Assembly (NCBI GenBank): GCA_002492415.1
Contig: DKYK01000046.1
Span: 22,835 to 63,640, forward strand
DNA length: 40,806 nucleotides
DNA from: Christensenella sp. UBA7102
GTDB lineage: Bacteria; Bacillota; Clostridia; Christensenellales; UBA1750
Direction: 5' to 3'
Shown here: positions 9,139 through 17,828 of the stretch, one piece after another
How the letters are laid out: every line of letters starts with the position of its first letter
Numbering within the stretch: the first letter of the stretch is position 1
Made by a program: the position numbers and the translations under genes
Notes under the pieces: model-generated
What the model was told of the DNA's origin: nothing
Database searches by the model: none
The model's input: only the letters and a program-made list of their open reading frames with translations

Positions 9139-9562
9139 TTTGCTTGCTCCTTTCCAATGGTTCAGAAGGCTCGACGCCGATCATCTCGCACAGGCGGGAC
9201 AGTGGGAAGGGCGGCTCGGCCAGCGGCTTTGCGGCCAACTGCAGCAGCAGCGCGGGGTTGTCGTCCGCCGCCACACGATTGGAGTGAAAGGCGCCGCAGG
9301 CGCGGCAGCGGTGCAGCAACGCCCATTCGCCATCCTGCCGCACCCATACGCCCACCGCGTCCATCACACCGCCGCAGTTCTCCGCGCGGTCGCCGGGTGT
9401 ATCGTCCAGATGCAGACTGCTCAGGCGGTGTGGACAGTGGTTGCGGTGCCGTGTGCCTGCGCCCTGCGCATCGACTTCCCGCCCGCACACGGCGCAGCGA
9501 AAGGCTTCGTTATGATCGTCGCGCGCCAGCGCAGCGCGCTTGATTTTTCCGGGTGATTTCAT
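9125..9562 (-). CDS. RNHCP domain protein (Zn-ribbon-like)
   Basis: FRCAVCG, HRNHCP, SSLHLD, PGDRA.NCGG.M, HRCRACG and NRVAADDN; AGGAGG RBS before ATG 9562. Confidence 0.9.
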   Translation of the reverse strand: MKSPGKIKRAALARDDHNEAFRCAVCGREVDAQGAGTRHRNHCPHRLSSLHLDDTPGDRAENCGGVMDAVGVWVRQDGEWALLHRCRACGAFHSNRVAADDNPALLLQLAAKPLAEPPFPLSRLCEMIGVEPSEPLERSKQNESK

Positions 9563-9594
9563 GGTAAACCTCCTCGCGGGACGCGAAACGGCCG

Positions 9595-9633
9595 AAAACA
9601 CAAAAGGACTGTGACATAAAAATGCCACAGTCC
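9595..9633 (-). terminator. leader (attenuator) terminator just upstream of the RNHCP RBS
   Basis: GGACTGTGGCAT/ATGTCACAGTCC stem then TTTTGTGTTTT, lying between promoter and first gene. Confidence 0.8.
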
Positions 9634-9799
9634 AGCTTTTTTCACGCAACGAAGGTGGGGACGCACACATCCCGGCTGCACGATGTACTTTTGTGTCCAT
9701 AACCCGCATCCGCGCCCGCTGTTTTTCTGTACACAACAAACATGCCTGTCGGGACACACGCCCCGCAGACTCTTCGGATGGGAAACCTATTCGGTTCCT

Positions 9800-9826
9800 T
9801 TAGTTATGAGACACCACCGACAACAT
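9800..9826 (-). CDS. putative leader peptide MLSVVSHN
   Basis: GGAGG at 9837-9841, 10 nt before the ATG, near the predicted transcript start. Confidence 0.5.
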   Translation of the reverse strand: MLSVVSHN

Positions 9827-9868
9827 CCTGCAATAACCTCCGGATTGCTCCAATGAATTTGTATCCTT

Positions 9869-9897
9869 AGTATACGATGCGGCGATGCGTTTGTCAA
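9869..9897 (-). promoter_or_regulatory. sigma-A promoter of RNHCP-GNAT-MutS2 operon
   Basis: TTGACA-17 bp-TATACT. Confidence 0.85.
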
Positions 9898-9941
9898 CAC
9901 ATCGGGTGAAAACCGATGCAGCCTCCATATAATTAGGTACC

Positions 9942-9970
9942 TTGACTATTTGCGCGGAATGTGCTATACT
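9942..9970 (+). promoter_or_regulatory. divergent sigma-A promoter for the deacetylase
   Basis: TTGACT-17 bp-TATACT with extended TG. Confidence 0.8.
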
Positions 9971-10010
9971 CGGTGCAGAAATAAATCAGCGATAGGAAGT
10001 GTGAACGGAC

Positions 10011-10913
10011 ATGCAGAAACTCGTCATCCGCGCCGACGACGTCGGCTATACCGATGTGTGTAACATCGGCGCCTTTGAAACCTTCCATCACGGCTATGCC
10101 ACTACCGCGGACGTGATGCTGGACACGCCCGGCATCCAGGACGCATTAAAGCGCCTGCGCGATATGCCGTGGATTTCCGTGGGTTGGCACGCGCACTTCT
10201 GGGGCAGCTGCGTGCTGGAACCCAGTCAGGTCAAGACACTGGTCATCCCCGGCACAAACCGCTTCCGCCATGACCTGCGCAGCGCACAGGATGTGGACGA
10301 GAACGAGATTCTGGCCGAGTGCAGCGCCCAGGTGGATCGCTGCGTGGAGCTGCTGGGCCGCGCGCCCGATGTGGGCGTGGATCACGGCGAGGGATCGCCC
10401 TTTGCGCGTGCGCTCAAGGCTACCTCGCTCAAGTACGGCATGGCCGTCAACTACGGCAGCCGCCTGCATCGCGATCCCGTAACCGGCGAAGTCACCTACG
10501 AGCCGCTGCAGGGCCGCTTTCAGGACAAGCTGTTCATCGCGGACAACTGGAACCTGGGCGGGCTGGATCTGCAGGAGACCTTCCGCGGCGTGCACGATCT
10601 CTATGACGGCGTGGACTGGCTGCTCAAGGACACCATGAAGATCCATGAACTGCCCGAGGGCGCGGCGCTGATGCACGGCTTCCACCCGGGCTATGTGGAT
10701 TACTATGTGGCGCACCAAGGCGACTACGGCCCCATGGCCCCGCTGGTCACCGTCACCCGTGCCTACGACGTGGAGGCCCTCTGCTCACAGCGCCTGCACG
10801 ATTGGATCAAGGAAAACCACATCGAGCTGTGCAACATCCGCGACGCGCTCTACGGCACCCACGAGTACCAGAACCACCTGCGCGCCATCGGCAGCGATCT
10901 TTGCGTGTACTGA
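10011..10913 (+). CDS. ChbG/HpnK (YdjC) family carbohydrate deacetylase
   Basis: LVIRADDVG, VGWH, ECSAQV and FHPGYVD motifs. Confidence 0.85.
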   Translation: MQKLVIRADDVGYTDVCNIGAFETFHHGYATTADVMLDTPGIQDALKRLRDMPWISVGWHAHFWGSCVLEPSQVKTLVIPGTNRFRHDLRSAQDVDENEILAECSAQVDRCVELLGRAPDVGVDHGEGSPFARALKATSLKYGMAVNYGSRLHRDPVTGEVTYEPLQGRFQDKLFIADNWNLGGLDLQETFRGVHDLYDGVDWLLKDTMKIHELPEGAALMHGFHPGYVDYYVAHQGDYGPMAPLVTVTRAYDVEALCSQRLHDWIKENHIELCNIRDALYGTHEYQNHLRAIGSDLCVY

Positions 10914-10928
10914 CCGTTAAGATTCTGG

Positions 10929-10971
10929 AAAAAAAGACGAACTCTGCTCAGCCGAGCGGAGTCCGTCTTTT
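10929..10971. terminator. bidirectional terminator
   Basis: AAAAGACGAACTCTGCTC/GAGCGGAGTCCGTCTTTT between convergent genes. Confidence 0.7.
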
Positions 10972-11018
10972 GCATTGTCCGTTTTCTGACAGGCCGGGCA
11001 CTTCTGTATCTGCACAGA

Positions 11019-12032
11019 TCAGTCCATGATCTTGCCCTCGAACGCTGCACGGCGCTGGACTTCCTTCATCACTTCTGCAAACTGGTCCAGGTTCAGCGAT
11101 TGCGCGCCGTCGCACAGCGCCGCCTTGGGGTTGTTGTGCACCTCGATCATCAGGCCGTCCGCACCTGCCGCGATGGCCGCGCGGGAGAGCGGCTCTACCA
11201 TCCACGCAATGCCCGCCGCATGCGAGGGATCGATAATCACGGGCAAATGGCTCTGTTTCTTGAGCAGCGGCACCGCCGAAATGTCCAGATTGTTGCGAAT
11301 CATGGTCTCAAACGTGCGCACACCGCGCTCGCACAGGATCACCTTCTCATTGCCGCCTGCCATGATGTATTCCGCGCTCATCAGCCACTCCTCAATGGTG
11401 GCCGACATGCCGCGCTTGAGCAGTACGGGCTTGTCCGTATGCCCCAATGCCTTGAGCAGGCGGAAATTCTGCATGTTGCGGGCGCCCACCTGTAAAATGT
11501 CCACATCCGCAAACTCGTCCAGCTGCGCCTCAGACATGATCTCCGTGACGATGGGCAGACCCGTAAGCCTGCGCGCCTCGCGCAGCAGCATCAGGCCGTC
11601 GGCCTCCAAGCCTTGAAAAGAGTACGGGGAAGTGCGAGGCTTGAACGCGCCGCCGCGCAGGAAGGTCGCGCCGCTGCGCTTGACGGACTGCGCGACCGTG
11701 CACAGCTGCTCTTCGCTCTCTACCGAGCAAGGACCGGCCATCACGTGAAAGAAACCTTCGCCAATGGTATGGCCGCCCACGGTGATGTGCGTATCGTTTG
11801 GATGGAAGCGCCGGTTGGCAGCCTTGTACGGCTCGGAGATGCGCCGCACATCCGCCACGACGTCGTTCGCGCGCAGTTTGTCCTCGTCCACGCGGGAGGT
11901 GTCGCCAACCAGACCGATGATGGTCACATCGGAACCCTGGCTGTAGTGCGTCTGCATGCCCTGTTGCTGGATCTCTTCGATGAGCGCCTTGACTTTGGTT
12001 TCGTTTGCTTGCTGCTTGAGAATGATAATCAT
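11019..12032 (-). CDS. aroF: DAHP synthase type I-beta with N-terminal ACT-like domain
   Basis: AGPCSVES, RGGAFKPRTSPYSFQG, QVGARNMQNF, LKRG, LCERG and DPSHA; N-terminal MIIILK...IIGLVGD. Confidence 0.93.
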   Translation of the reverse strand: MIIILKQQANETKVKALIEEIQQQGMQTHYSQGSDVTIIGLVGDTSRVDEDKLRANDVVADVRRISEPYKAANRRFHPNDTHITVGGHTIGEGFFHVMAGPCSVESEEQLCTVAQSVKRSGATFLRGGAFKPRTSPYSFQGLEADGLMLLREARRLTGLPIVTEIMSEAQLDEFADVDILQVGARNMQNFRLLKALGHTDKPVLLKRGMSATIEEWLMSAEYIMAGGNEKVILCERGVRTFETMIRNNLDISAVPLLKKQSHLPVIIDPSHAAGIAWMVEPLSRAAIAAGADGLMIEVHNNPKAALCDGAQSLNLDQFAEVMKEVQRRAAFEGKIMD

Positions 12033-12077
12033 GATGTTTTCCTTCCTTCCATTCTGCCATACTGCTGATTTACCGAC

Positions 12078-12111
12078 AAAAAAAGCAGCCCGCTCATATT
12101 TTGCGGACTGC
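12078..12111 (-). terminator. attenuator terminator (3:4 hairpin) upstream of aroF
   Basis: GCAGTCCGC/GCGGGCTGC stem followed by T7. Confidence 0.85.
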
Positions 12112-12151
12112 CGTTGCCATACTTTTTCGACCCAACGCCCTGTCAGAATCT

Positions 12152-12229
12152 TTACGCGCAACGCAAACAGCCCGCATTACAATACTCGTAATACAGGCAA
12201 TAAGCGTAGATACGCGCATAATTCTGCAT
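12152..12229 (-). CDS. Tyr-rich leader peptide MQNYARIYAYCLYYEYCNAGCLRCA
   Basis: AAGGGG RBS; 6 Tyr in the first 16 codons; overlaps alternative hairpins upstream of aroF. Confidence 0.85.
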   Translation of the reverse strand: MQNYARIYAYCLYYEYCNAGCLRCA

Positions 12230-12264
12230 AGCCGCAGATCCCCTTCCCTTCCGAAGTTGAAAAG

Positions 12265-12294
12265 AGTATACACCTATCGCCCTTCCGTTGTCAA
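12265..12294 (-). promoter_or_regulatory. sigma-A promoter for leader-aroF
   Basis: TTGACA-18 bp-TATACT. Confidence 0.75.
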
Positions 12295-12303
12295 CTGAAA
12301 AAG

Positions 12304-12333
12304 TTGTCAAACGATATGGAAATCGTATATACT
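12304..12333 (+). promoter_or_regulatory. divergent promoter for HAD gene
   Basis: TTGTCA-18 bp-TATACT. Confidence 0.55.
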
Positions 12334-12381
12334 CAAAAGGGGCGCAGCGCCTCCAATTCTTTGAGAGGATGGAATAGCACG

Positions 12382-13038
12382 ATGGATTTTCGGTACGCAA
12401 TCTTTGACCTGGACGGCACGCTGCTGGACTCCATGCCCGTGTGGGATCATTTGGGGGAGCGCTACCTGCTGCGCCGCGATAGAACGCCCAGACCCGATCT
12501 GCGGGAGCAGATCGCCGCGATGGATATGAGAGAATCGGCGGACTATCTCATCTCGACCTACGCGCTGCCGGTCACGCCGGAGACACTGATGCGCGAGATG
12601 AACGACATGACTCTGGAGGCCTATCGCGATTGTGTGCAGCCCAAACCCGGCGTGCCCGCGTATCTTGCTGCACTGCGCGCGCGGGGGATCCGGATGAGTG
12701 TCGCCACCGCCACCGACCGACCGTTGGTGGAGACAGCGCTGCGCCGCCTGGGGCTTCTGGATTGCTTTGACGGCATCTTCACCTGTACCGAGGTGGGCAA
12801 GAGCAAGCGCCATCCCGACATCTATTTCGCTGCAATGGACGCGATGGGAGGAACCGTGGACGAAACCATGGTGTTTGAGGATGCGCTGCATGCCATAGAA
12901 ACCGCGAAGGCGGCGGGGTTTGCCGTGACCGCCGTGCCCGATGTATCTGCCGCAAAAGACGAAGCGGCCATTCGCGCTTTGGCCGATGTGTGGCTGGGTA
13001 ACTTTAATCATGCGCTGAAAAATATGAAATCTGTGTAA
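12382..13038 (+). CDS. HAD-family phosphatase
   Basis: FDLDGTLLDS, VATAT, K..PDIY and VFEDA motifs. Confidence 0.9.
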   Translation: MDFRYAIFDLDGTLLDSMPVWDHLGERYLLRRDRTPRPDLREQIAAMDMRESADYLISTYALPVTPETLMREMNDMTLEAYRDCVQPKPGVPAYLAALRARGIRMSVATATDRPLVETALRRLGLLDCFDGIFTCTEVGKSKRHPDIYFAAMDAMGGTVDETMVFEDALHAIETAKAAGFAVTAVPDVSAAKDEAAIRALADVWLGNFNHALKNMKSV

Positions 13039-13077
13039 ACAGACTACATAAAAATCCAGCACCCCAGCCCCTTTCGT

Positions 13078-13968
13078 TTAGGCTTCGACGGGGGCGATGA
13101 GCCGCACCGCGCGAGGCAGGCAACGGAACGTCACCTCGACAAACTCCCCTGCGCATTCGCCGTCCACCGTCCATTCCGCAGGGGATTCAAAGCGGAAGGT
13201 CGCCTCCGCCGCGTGCAAAAGTACGAAATAGTCCGGATCATAGATCTGATGTGCAAAATCGCGCAGCGCCTGCACGGTAGGCGGCTGTCGGATGAGGAGG
13301 ATCTCCATCAATCCGTCGTCAAACTGCACACCTGCCTTGGTCAAATCCACCACCCCGCCAATGCGCGTGGAGTTGGAAATGCTGCCGTAGTAGAAAGCGC
13401 CCGATACCACCTGTCCCCCGGCCGTCACCGTCACGGAATGGGGCCTCAGCGTGAACACCTCCCGCGCCCCGCGGAAGATGTATGCCATGCGCCCCAGCTT
13501 ATTCTTGAGCGACTGCGGCGTGGCATGGGCGGTATCTGCGAATGCGCCGAAGGAAGCCACGTAGTCGAAAAATACGCCTTCGTTCAGCAGCCCCGCATCG
13601 TGCTGCCGCACCCGCCCCTCCGTCGCCACCTCGATGGCGTCTTTGACCTTTGTGGGCAGATGCAGCGCGTGCGCCAGGTCATTGGTGGTTCCGGTGGGCA
13701 CATACCCCACCGGCACTTTTGCCCCCGCGTGCACCAGCCCGCTGAGCACTTCGCTCAGTGTGCCGTCGCCGCCGCAGACGATGATGCGGTCATAGCCGCC
13801 CCCTTGTTCTTGCGCGATGACCGTTGCTTCGCCGTGCGCGCGCGTGGTGTGCACCGTCACAGTGCTGTCCTGTGCGCACAGCCGCTTGACCAGCGGAAAC
13901 AGCGCCTTTTGTGCCGCCTTTCTTCCCGCCACCGGGTTGAGTATGATCAGCACCCGCTCCCGTGCCAT
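13078..13968 (-). CDS. diacylglycerol kinase family lipid kinase (YegS/BmrU-like)
   Basis: NPVAG, CGGDGT, PTGTTNDLA, DDG and VDGE; GAGGAG RBS before ATG 13968. Confidence 0.9.
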   Translation of the reverse strand: MARERVLIILNPVAGRKAAQKALFPLVKRLCAQDSTVTVHTTRAHGEATVIAQEQGGGYDRIIVCGGDGTLSEVLSGLVHAGAKVPVGYVPTGTTNDLAHALHLPTKVKDAIEVATEGRVRQHDAGLLNEGVFFDYVASFGAFADTAHATPQSLKNKLGRMAYIFRGAREVFTLRPHSVTVTAGGQVVSGAFYYGSISNSTRIGGVVDLTKAGVQFDDGLMEILLIRQPPTVQALRDFAHQIYDPDYFVLLHAAEATFRFESPAEWTVDGECAGEFVEVTFRCLPRAVRLIAPVEA

Positions 13969-14008
13969 ATCTCTGTCCGCTCCTCTGCTATTCGTTATAC
14001 TGCTAATC

Positions 14009-14037
14009 ATTATAGGATGACGCACTCCCGTTGTCAA
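14009..14037 (-). promoter_or_regulatory. consensus sigma-A promoter for DAGK gene
   Basis: Perfect TTGACA-17 bp-TATAAT. Confidence 0.85.
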
Positions 14038-14077
14038 TAAAACAAGAGAGCCTATGCAACCGCACAGGCTCTCTTTT
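14036..14077 (-). terminator. terminator after methyltransferase
   Basis: AAGAGAGCCT/AGGCTCTCTT inverted repeat with flanking T-tracts. Confidence 0.65.
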
Positions 14078-14081
14078 CGGG

Positions 14082-14876
14082 TTAAGATTCCATGACCGCC
14101 TTTCGCGCCCACAGCGTAATGCGACAGCCTTCCCGTCCCTGTTCGGCGGGCTCGCAGTCCACATACAGCTTTTCTACTGCAAATCCCACATCCGTAAGCC
14201 ACGTCTGTACATCCGCCCACGAGGGAAAGTGCTTGACGCTCATCTTTCTGACCGTGAAGTCCCCGCCGTCCTTCGGCTGCAGCTCCCAGATGCGCTCGCC
14301 GCGGCAGACGCGCGTACCTGCATCGTATTCATACTGTCCCACAATGTAGCGCCCATAGGTCCCCCGTTCGTCCGTCACGTCAAAGCACACCCACGGCTGC
14401 GCGTCTTCCCACGCGGACGTAGGCCAGTCCACGCAGTCAAAATCCAAAAACAGATGCCCGCCGGGACGCAGCGCTTCATGCGCACGGCGCAAGAACAGCC
14501 GCTGCGCCGCCATGTAGTCTGTTTCGCCCGTGATGAGGTTGCACAGCAGGTTCGCGCCCAGCAGCACTGCGTCAAAGCCGTCCGGCCAAGCACCCGCCAG
14601 GCCGTCCCGATGTTCGACGGTGACGGAGGGGAATTCTCCTGTGTTCAGGTGCGCCTGCATCCGCGCCAACATGGGCATGCTCACATCAAAGCCGTGCACA
14701 ATGTGCCCGGCCCGGCCCAGCGGCAGCGCCATGCGCCCTGTGCCGCACGCCACGTCCAGCACGCGCTGCGGCTTGTCGCCCAGCAGTGACAGCAGAAGGT
14801 CGATGTCGTGGCGGTAGTTTTCCTGCTGCTCATAAAGAGAAGCATCCCAGCGCTCCCAAATTTCCAGCTGTGTCAA
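14082..14876 (-). CDS. class I SAM-dependent methyltransferase
   Basis: VLDVACGTGR, GFDVS and LRPGG motifs; TTG start with GAGGGG RBS. Confidence 0.88.
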   Translation of the reverse strand: MTQLEIWERWDASLYEQQENYRHDIDLLLSLLGDKPQRVLDVACGTGRMALPLGRAGHIVHGFDVSMPMLARMQAHLNTGEFPSVTVEHRDGLAGAWPDGFDAVLLGANLLCNLITGETDYMAAQRLFLRRAHEALRPGGHLFLDFDCVDWPTSAWEDAQPWVCFDVTDERGTYGRYIVGQYEYDAGTRVCRGERIWELQPKDGGDFTVRKMSVKHFPSWADVQTWLTDVGFAVEKLYVDCEPAEQGREGCRITLWARKAVMES

Positions 14877-14982
14877 TGCGATTCCCCCTCTGCACAGAGC
14901 ACGCTTTTGCGTGATGCCAGGTACAGTATAGCACAGCTTTCGCTCCGTCGGACACGCGAGTATTTTTTTATGGATTTATACG

Positions 14983-15372
14983 TCAGTCTGGCAGTTTTTT
15001 GCCGCACTTCCGGCAGTATTCATACCCTGCCGCCGCCCGCGCGCCGCAGTAGGGGCAAAAGCCCGCGTCACAGGGGGACTCCTGCGGCTGCTGTATCCGC
15101 TGCGCGCCGAAGCGCTGCTCCAGTGGGTCGGGTTCCTCGCCGTCATCCACAATGTCAAAGGAGGAATAGCGGTTTTCCCCCGTCGCGTTGCGGAAATGAT
15201 ACACCGCCTGCGCCACACCGATGCCGATGAACACGACGCCAAACAACGGAAAGAAGAACGGCGCGCCCATCGCGACTGCCGCAAGGGTCCAGATCACGCC
15301 AAAGACGATGGCTGCGACCGACCCAACGCCGCTCATCATGGACGGCCCGCGCCCCGGTTTTACGCTTTTCAT
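14983..15372 (-). CDS. two-TM membrane protein with C-terminal zinc ribbon
   Basis: MKSVKPGRGPS, two hydrophobic helices, FCPYCG...YCRKCG; GAGGTG RBS. Confidence 0.8.
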   Translation of the reverse strand: MKSVKPGRGPSMMSGVGSVAAIVFGVIWTLAAVAMGAPFFFPLFGVVFIGIGVAQAVYHFRNATGENRYSSFDIVDDGEEPDPLEQRFGAQRIQQPQESPCDAGFCPYCGARAAAGYEYCRKCGKKLPD

Positions 15373-15468
15373 GCCAAACACCTCTCTTTGGATCTCAGTA
15401 TATCCCAATACGTCCCAAAGGGCAAGGCATTCTGCGTGAAACCTGCGCTGCGCCGCCCCAAAACCGCG

Positions 15469-15497
15469 TTGCGCGCGCGCAAGCGGCATGGTAAAAT
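15469..15497 (+). promoter_or_regulatory. putative promoter of the amidohydrolase-glxK-GH-MFS operon
   Basis: TTGCGC-17 bp-TAAAAT with extended TG. Confidence 0.55.
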
Positions 15498-15532
15498 AGA
15501 GGAGGTCAGAACACAAACAGGAGGATGATCCC

Positions 15533-16663
15533 ATGTTGATCAAAAATGCAACGATTTATACAGCCGTGCTGCCCGAGCCCATCCCGGGCGACATACTGGT
15601 AAAGGATGGCAAGATTGTCGCTGTCGGCCCCAATCTGCCCGCCGATGGCGAGGAGGTCTTCGACGCCACGGGCCTTTCTGCGTACCCCGGCTTTGTCGAG
15701 GCGCACTGCCATATCGGCTTGGACGGCTACGGTATTGGCTATGAGGGCGCGGATTACAACGAGCACAGCGACCCCGTCGTGCCTCATCTGCGCGCCATCG
15801 ACGGCATTGAGCCCACCGATCCCACCTTTGCCATGGCCGCCCGCGCCGGCGTGACCACCGTGTGCACCGGCCCCGGCTCGGCCAACGTACTGGGCGGTAC
15901 CTTTGTCGCCATCAAAACCGCCGGCAACCGTGTGGACGACATGATTGTGCGCGACAACGTCGCCATGAAGTGCGCCTTTGGCGAGAACCCCAAGCGCTGC
16001 TACAAGGAAAAGGGCATTTCCACCCGCATGTCCACCGCCGCCAAGCTCCGTGAGGCGTTGCTCAAGGCGCAGCAGTATAAGGAAAAGAAGGACGCGGGCA
16101 AGGACGTCGCCTTTGACATGAAGAGCGAGGCGCTGCTGCCCGTGCTCGAGGGCAAAATGCCCTTAAAGGCCCATGCCCACCAGGCAAACGATCTGTTCAC
16201 CGCCATTCGCATCGCCAAGGAATTTGGCGTGGGGCTTACCCTCGAGCACTGCACTGAGGGCCACAAGGTCGCGCGGCAGCTCGCCGCCGAGGGCTACCCC
16301 ATGGCTGTAGGCCCGTCGCTGACCCACGCCACCAAGTTTGAGCTGCGCGACAAGACTTTTGCGACTCCCGGCATCCTCGCCAGGGCGGGCGGTCATGTCT
16401 GCATCATCACGGATTCGCCCGTGATTCCACAGCAGTATCTGCCGCTGTGCGCTGGCCTTGCGGTGAAGTCCGGTATGGATCGCCACGAAGCGCTGCGCGC
16501 CATTACCATCAACGCTGCCGAACACATCGGTATCGCCGACCGCGTGGGCTCCATCGAGGCGGGTAAGGACGCGGACATCGTGCTGGCCCGCGGCGACGTG
16601 TTTGACGTCTCCGGCGAGGTGGTGCAGGTGTTCATCGAGGGCAGAAAGGTGGACATGGAATGA
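15533..16663 (+). CDS. amidohydrolase_1 family metallohydrolase
   Basis: PGFVEAHCHIG, KCAFGENPK, EHCTEG, TDSP and GSIEAGKDADIV. Confidence 0.9.
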   Translation: MLIKNATIYTAVLPEPIPGDILVKDGKIVAVGPNLPADGEEVFDATGLSAYPGFVEAHCHIGLDGYGIGYEGADYNEHSDPVVPHLRAIDGIEPTDPTFAMAARAGVTTVCTGPGSANVLGGTFVAIKTAGNRVDDMIVRDNVAMKCAFGENPKRCYKEKGISTRMSTAAKLREALLKAQQYKEKKDAGKDVAFDMKSEALLPVLEGKMPLKAHAHQANDLFTAIRIAKEFGVGLTLEHCTEGHKVARQLAAEGYPMAVGPSLTHATKFELRDKTFATPGILARAGGHVCIITDSPVIPQQYLPLCAGLAVKSGMDRHEALRAITINAAEHIGIADRVGSIEAGKDADIVLARGDVFDVSGEVVQVFIEGRKVDME

Positions 16664-17796
16664 AGATTGTTGTCGCGGTGGATTCCTTCAAGGGCAGTCT
16701 GACTTCACTGGAGGCCGGACAGGCCGTCGCTCAGGGCGCGCGTCGCGTCTATCCCGACGCGCAGATTTTGGTCCGTCCCCTGGCCGACGGCGGTGAGGGC
16801 ACCGTAGATGCGCTGGTTTCCGGCATGGGCGGCCAGTTTCGTACCATCCCCGTCGAGGGCCCGCTGGGAGAGACGGTGGACTGCACGTACGGCCTGATTG
16901 GCGATATCGCCGTCATCGAGATGGCGGCGGCAGCCGGCCTTCCTCTCGTGCCGCCCCATCTGCGCGATCCCATGAACACCTCCACCTATGGCGTGGGCCA
17001 GGTCATCGCCGATGCCGTGAAACAGGGCTGCAGACGCCTCCTCATCGGCATCGGCGGCAGCGCCACCAACGACGGCGGCGCGGGCATGCTGCAGGCGTTG
17101 GGCTTTCGCCTGACGGATGCTGCTGGCCGCGACATTCCACGCGGCGCAAAGGGGCTGGAACACCTGGCTGGCATCGACGCCGCCCATGCGCTGCCTGCGC
17201 TCTCGGCCTGCACCTTCCGCGTCGCCTGCGACGTGACCAATCCCCTCTGCGGCGAAAAAGGCGCCAGCGCCGTGTTCGGCCCGCAGAAGGGCGCGACGGA
17301 GCGCACCATCCCGCTGATGGACGCGTGGCTCGCGCACTTTGCTGAATGCGCCCGGCAGCTCTGGCCGCAGAGCGATCCCACAGCTCCCGGCTCAGGCGCG
17401 GCGGGCGGTCTGGGCTTTGCGCTGCATACCTTCCTGGGCGCGCAGCTGTGTCCCGGCGTGGACATCGTGCTGGAGGAGACCCGTTTGGCCGACGCGCTGC
17501 GCGGTGCGGACGTCGCCGTCACAGGCGAGGGCCGCCTGGACGGCCAGACCGCGATGGGCAAGGCCCCCATCGGCGTGGCGCGGCTCGCAAAACAGCATGG
17601 CTGCCTCACTCTCGCGCTGTGCGGATCCGTTGCCCGCGACGCCTCTGCCTGCAACGGCGCGGGCATTGATGCCTATTTTCCCATCGTCCGCGGCGCCGTC
17701 TCCCTTGCCGACGCCATGGCGGCCGACAATGCCCGCGCCAACATGGCCGATGCCGCTGAGCAGGCTTTCCGTCTCCTGCGCGCCGCGCATCGCTGA
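16660..17796 (+). CDS. glxK: glycerate kinase
   Basis: DSFKGSL, ADGGEGT, GIGGSATNDGG, FGPQKGA, GAAGG and TGEGRLD; overlaps the upstream stop (ATGA). Confidence 0.93.
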   Translation: MKIVVAVDSFKGSLTSLEAGQAVAQGARRVYPDAQILVRPLADGGEGTVDALVSGMGGQFRTIPVEGPLGETVDCTYGLIGDIAVIEMAAAAGLPLVPPHLRDPMNTSTYGVGQVIADAVKQGCRRLLIGIGGSATNDGGAGMLQALGFRLTDAAGRDIPRGAKGLEHLAGIDAAHALPALSACTFRVACDVTNPLCGEKGASAVFGPQKGATERTIPLMDAWLAHFAECARQLWPQSDPTAPGSGAAGGLGFALHTFLGAQLCPGVDIVLEETRLADALRGADVAVTGEGRLDGQTAMGKAPIGVARLAKQHGCLTLALCGSVARDASACNGAGIDAYFPIVRGAVSLADAMAADNARANMADAAEQAFRLLRAAHR

Positions 17797-17828
17797 AGCT
17801 CATTACCACGAAAACGGAGGAGAACGCA

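Noticed and set aside
9563-9757. N-terminal extensions from the ORF track (RNHCP to 9757, aroF to 12161, permease to 25594, DAGK to 14220)
   Set aside because: They run through leaders, terminators or promoters; internal ATGs have proper RBSs.
9804-9833. Alternative uORF TTG-QDVVGGVS
   Set aside because: Only 3 nt from GGAGG; the ATG at 9826 has more plausible spacing, though this is not fully excluded.
12033-12260. T-box riboswitch upstream of aroF
   Set aside because: No GGTGG.ACCGCG T-box sequence or stem I motifs; the leader-peptide attenuator explains the region.
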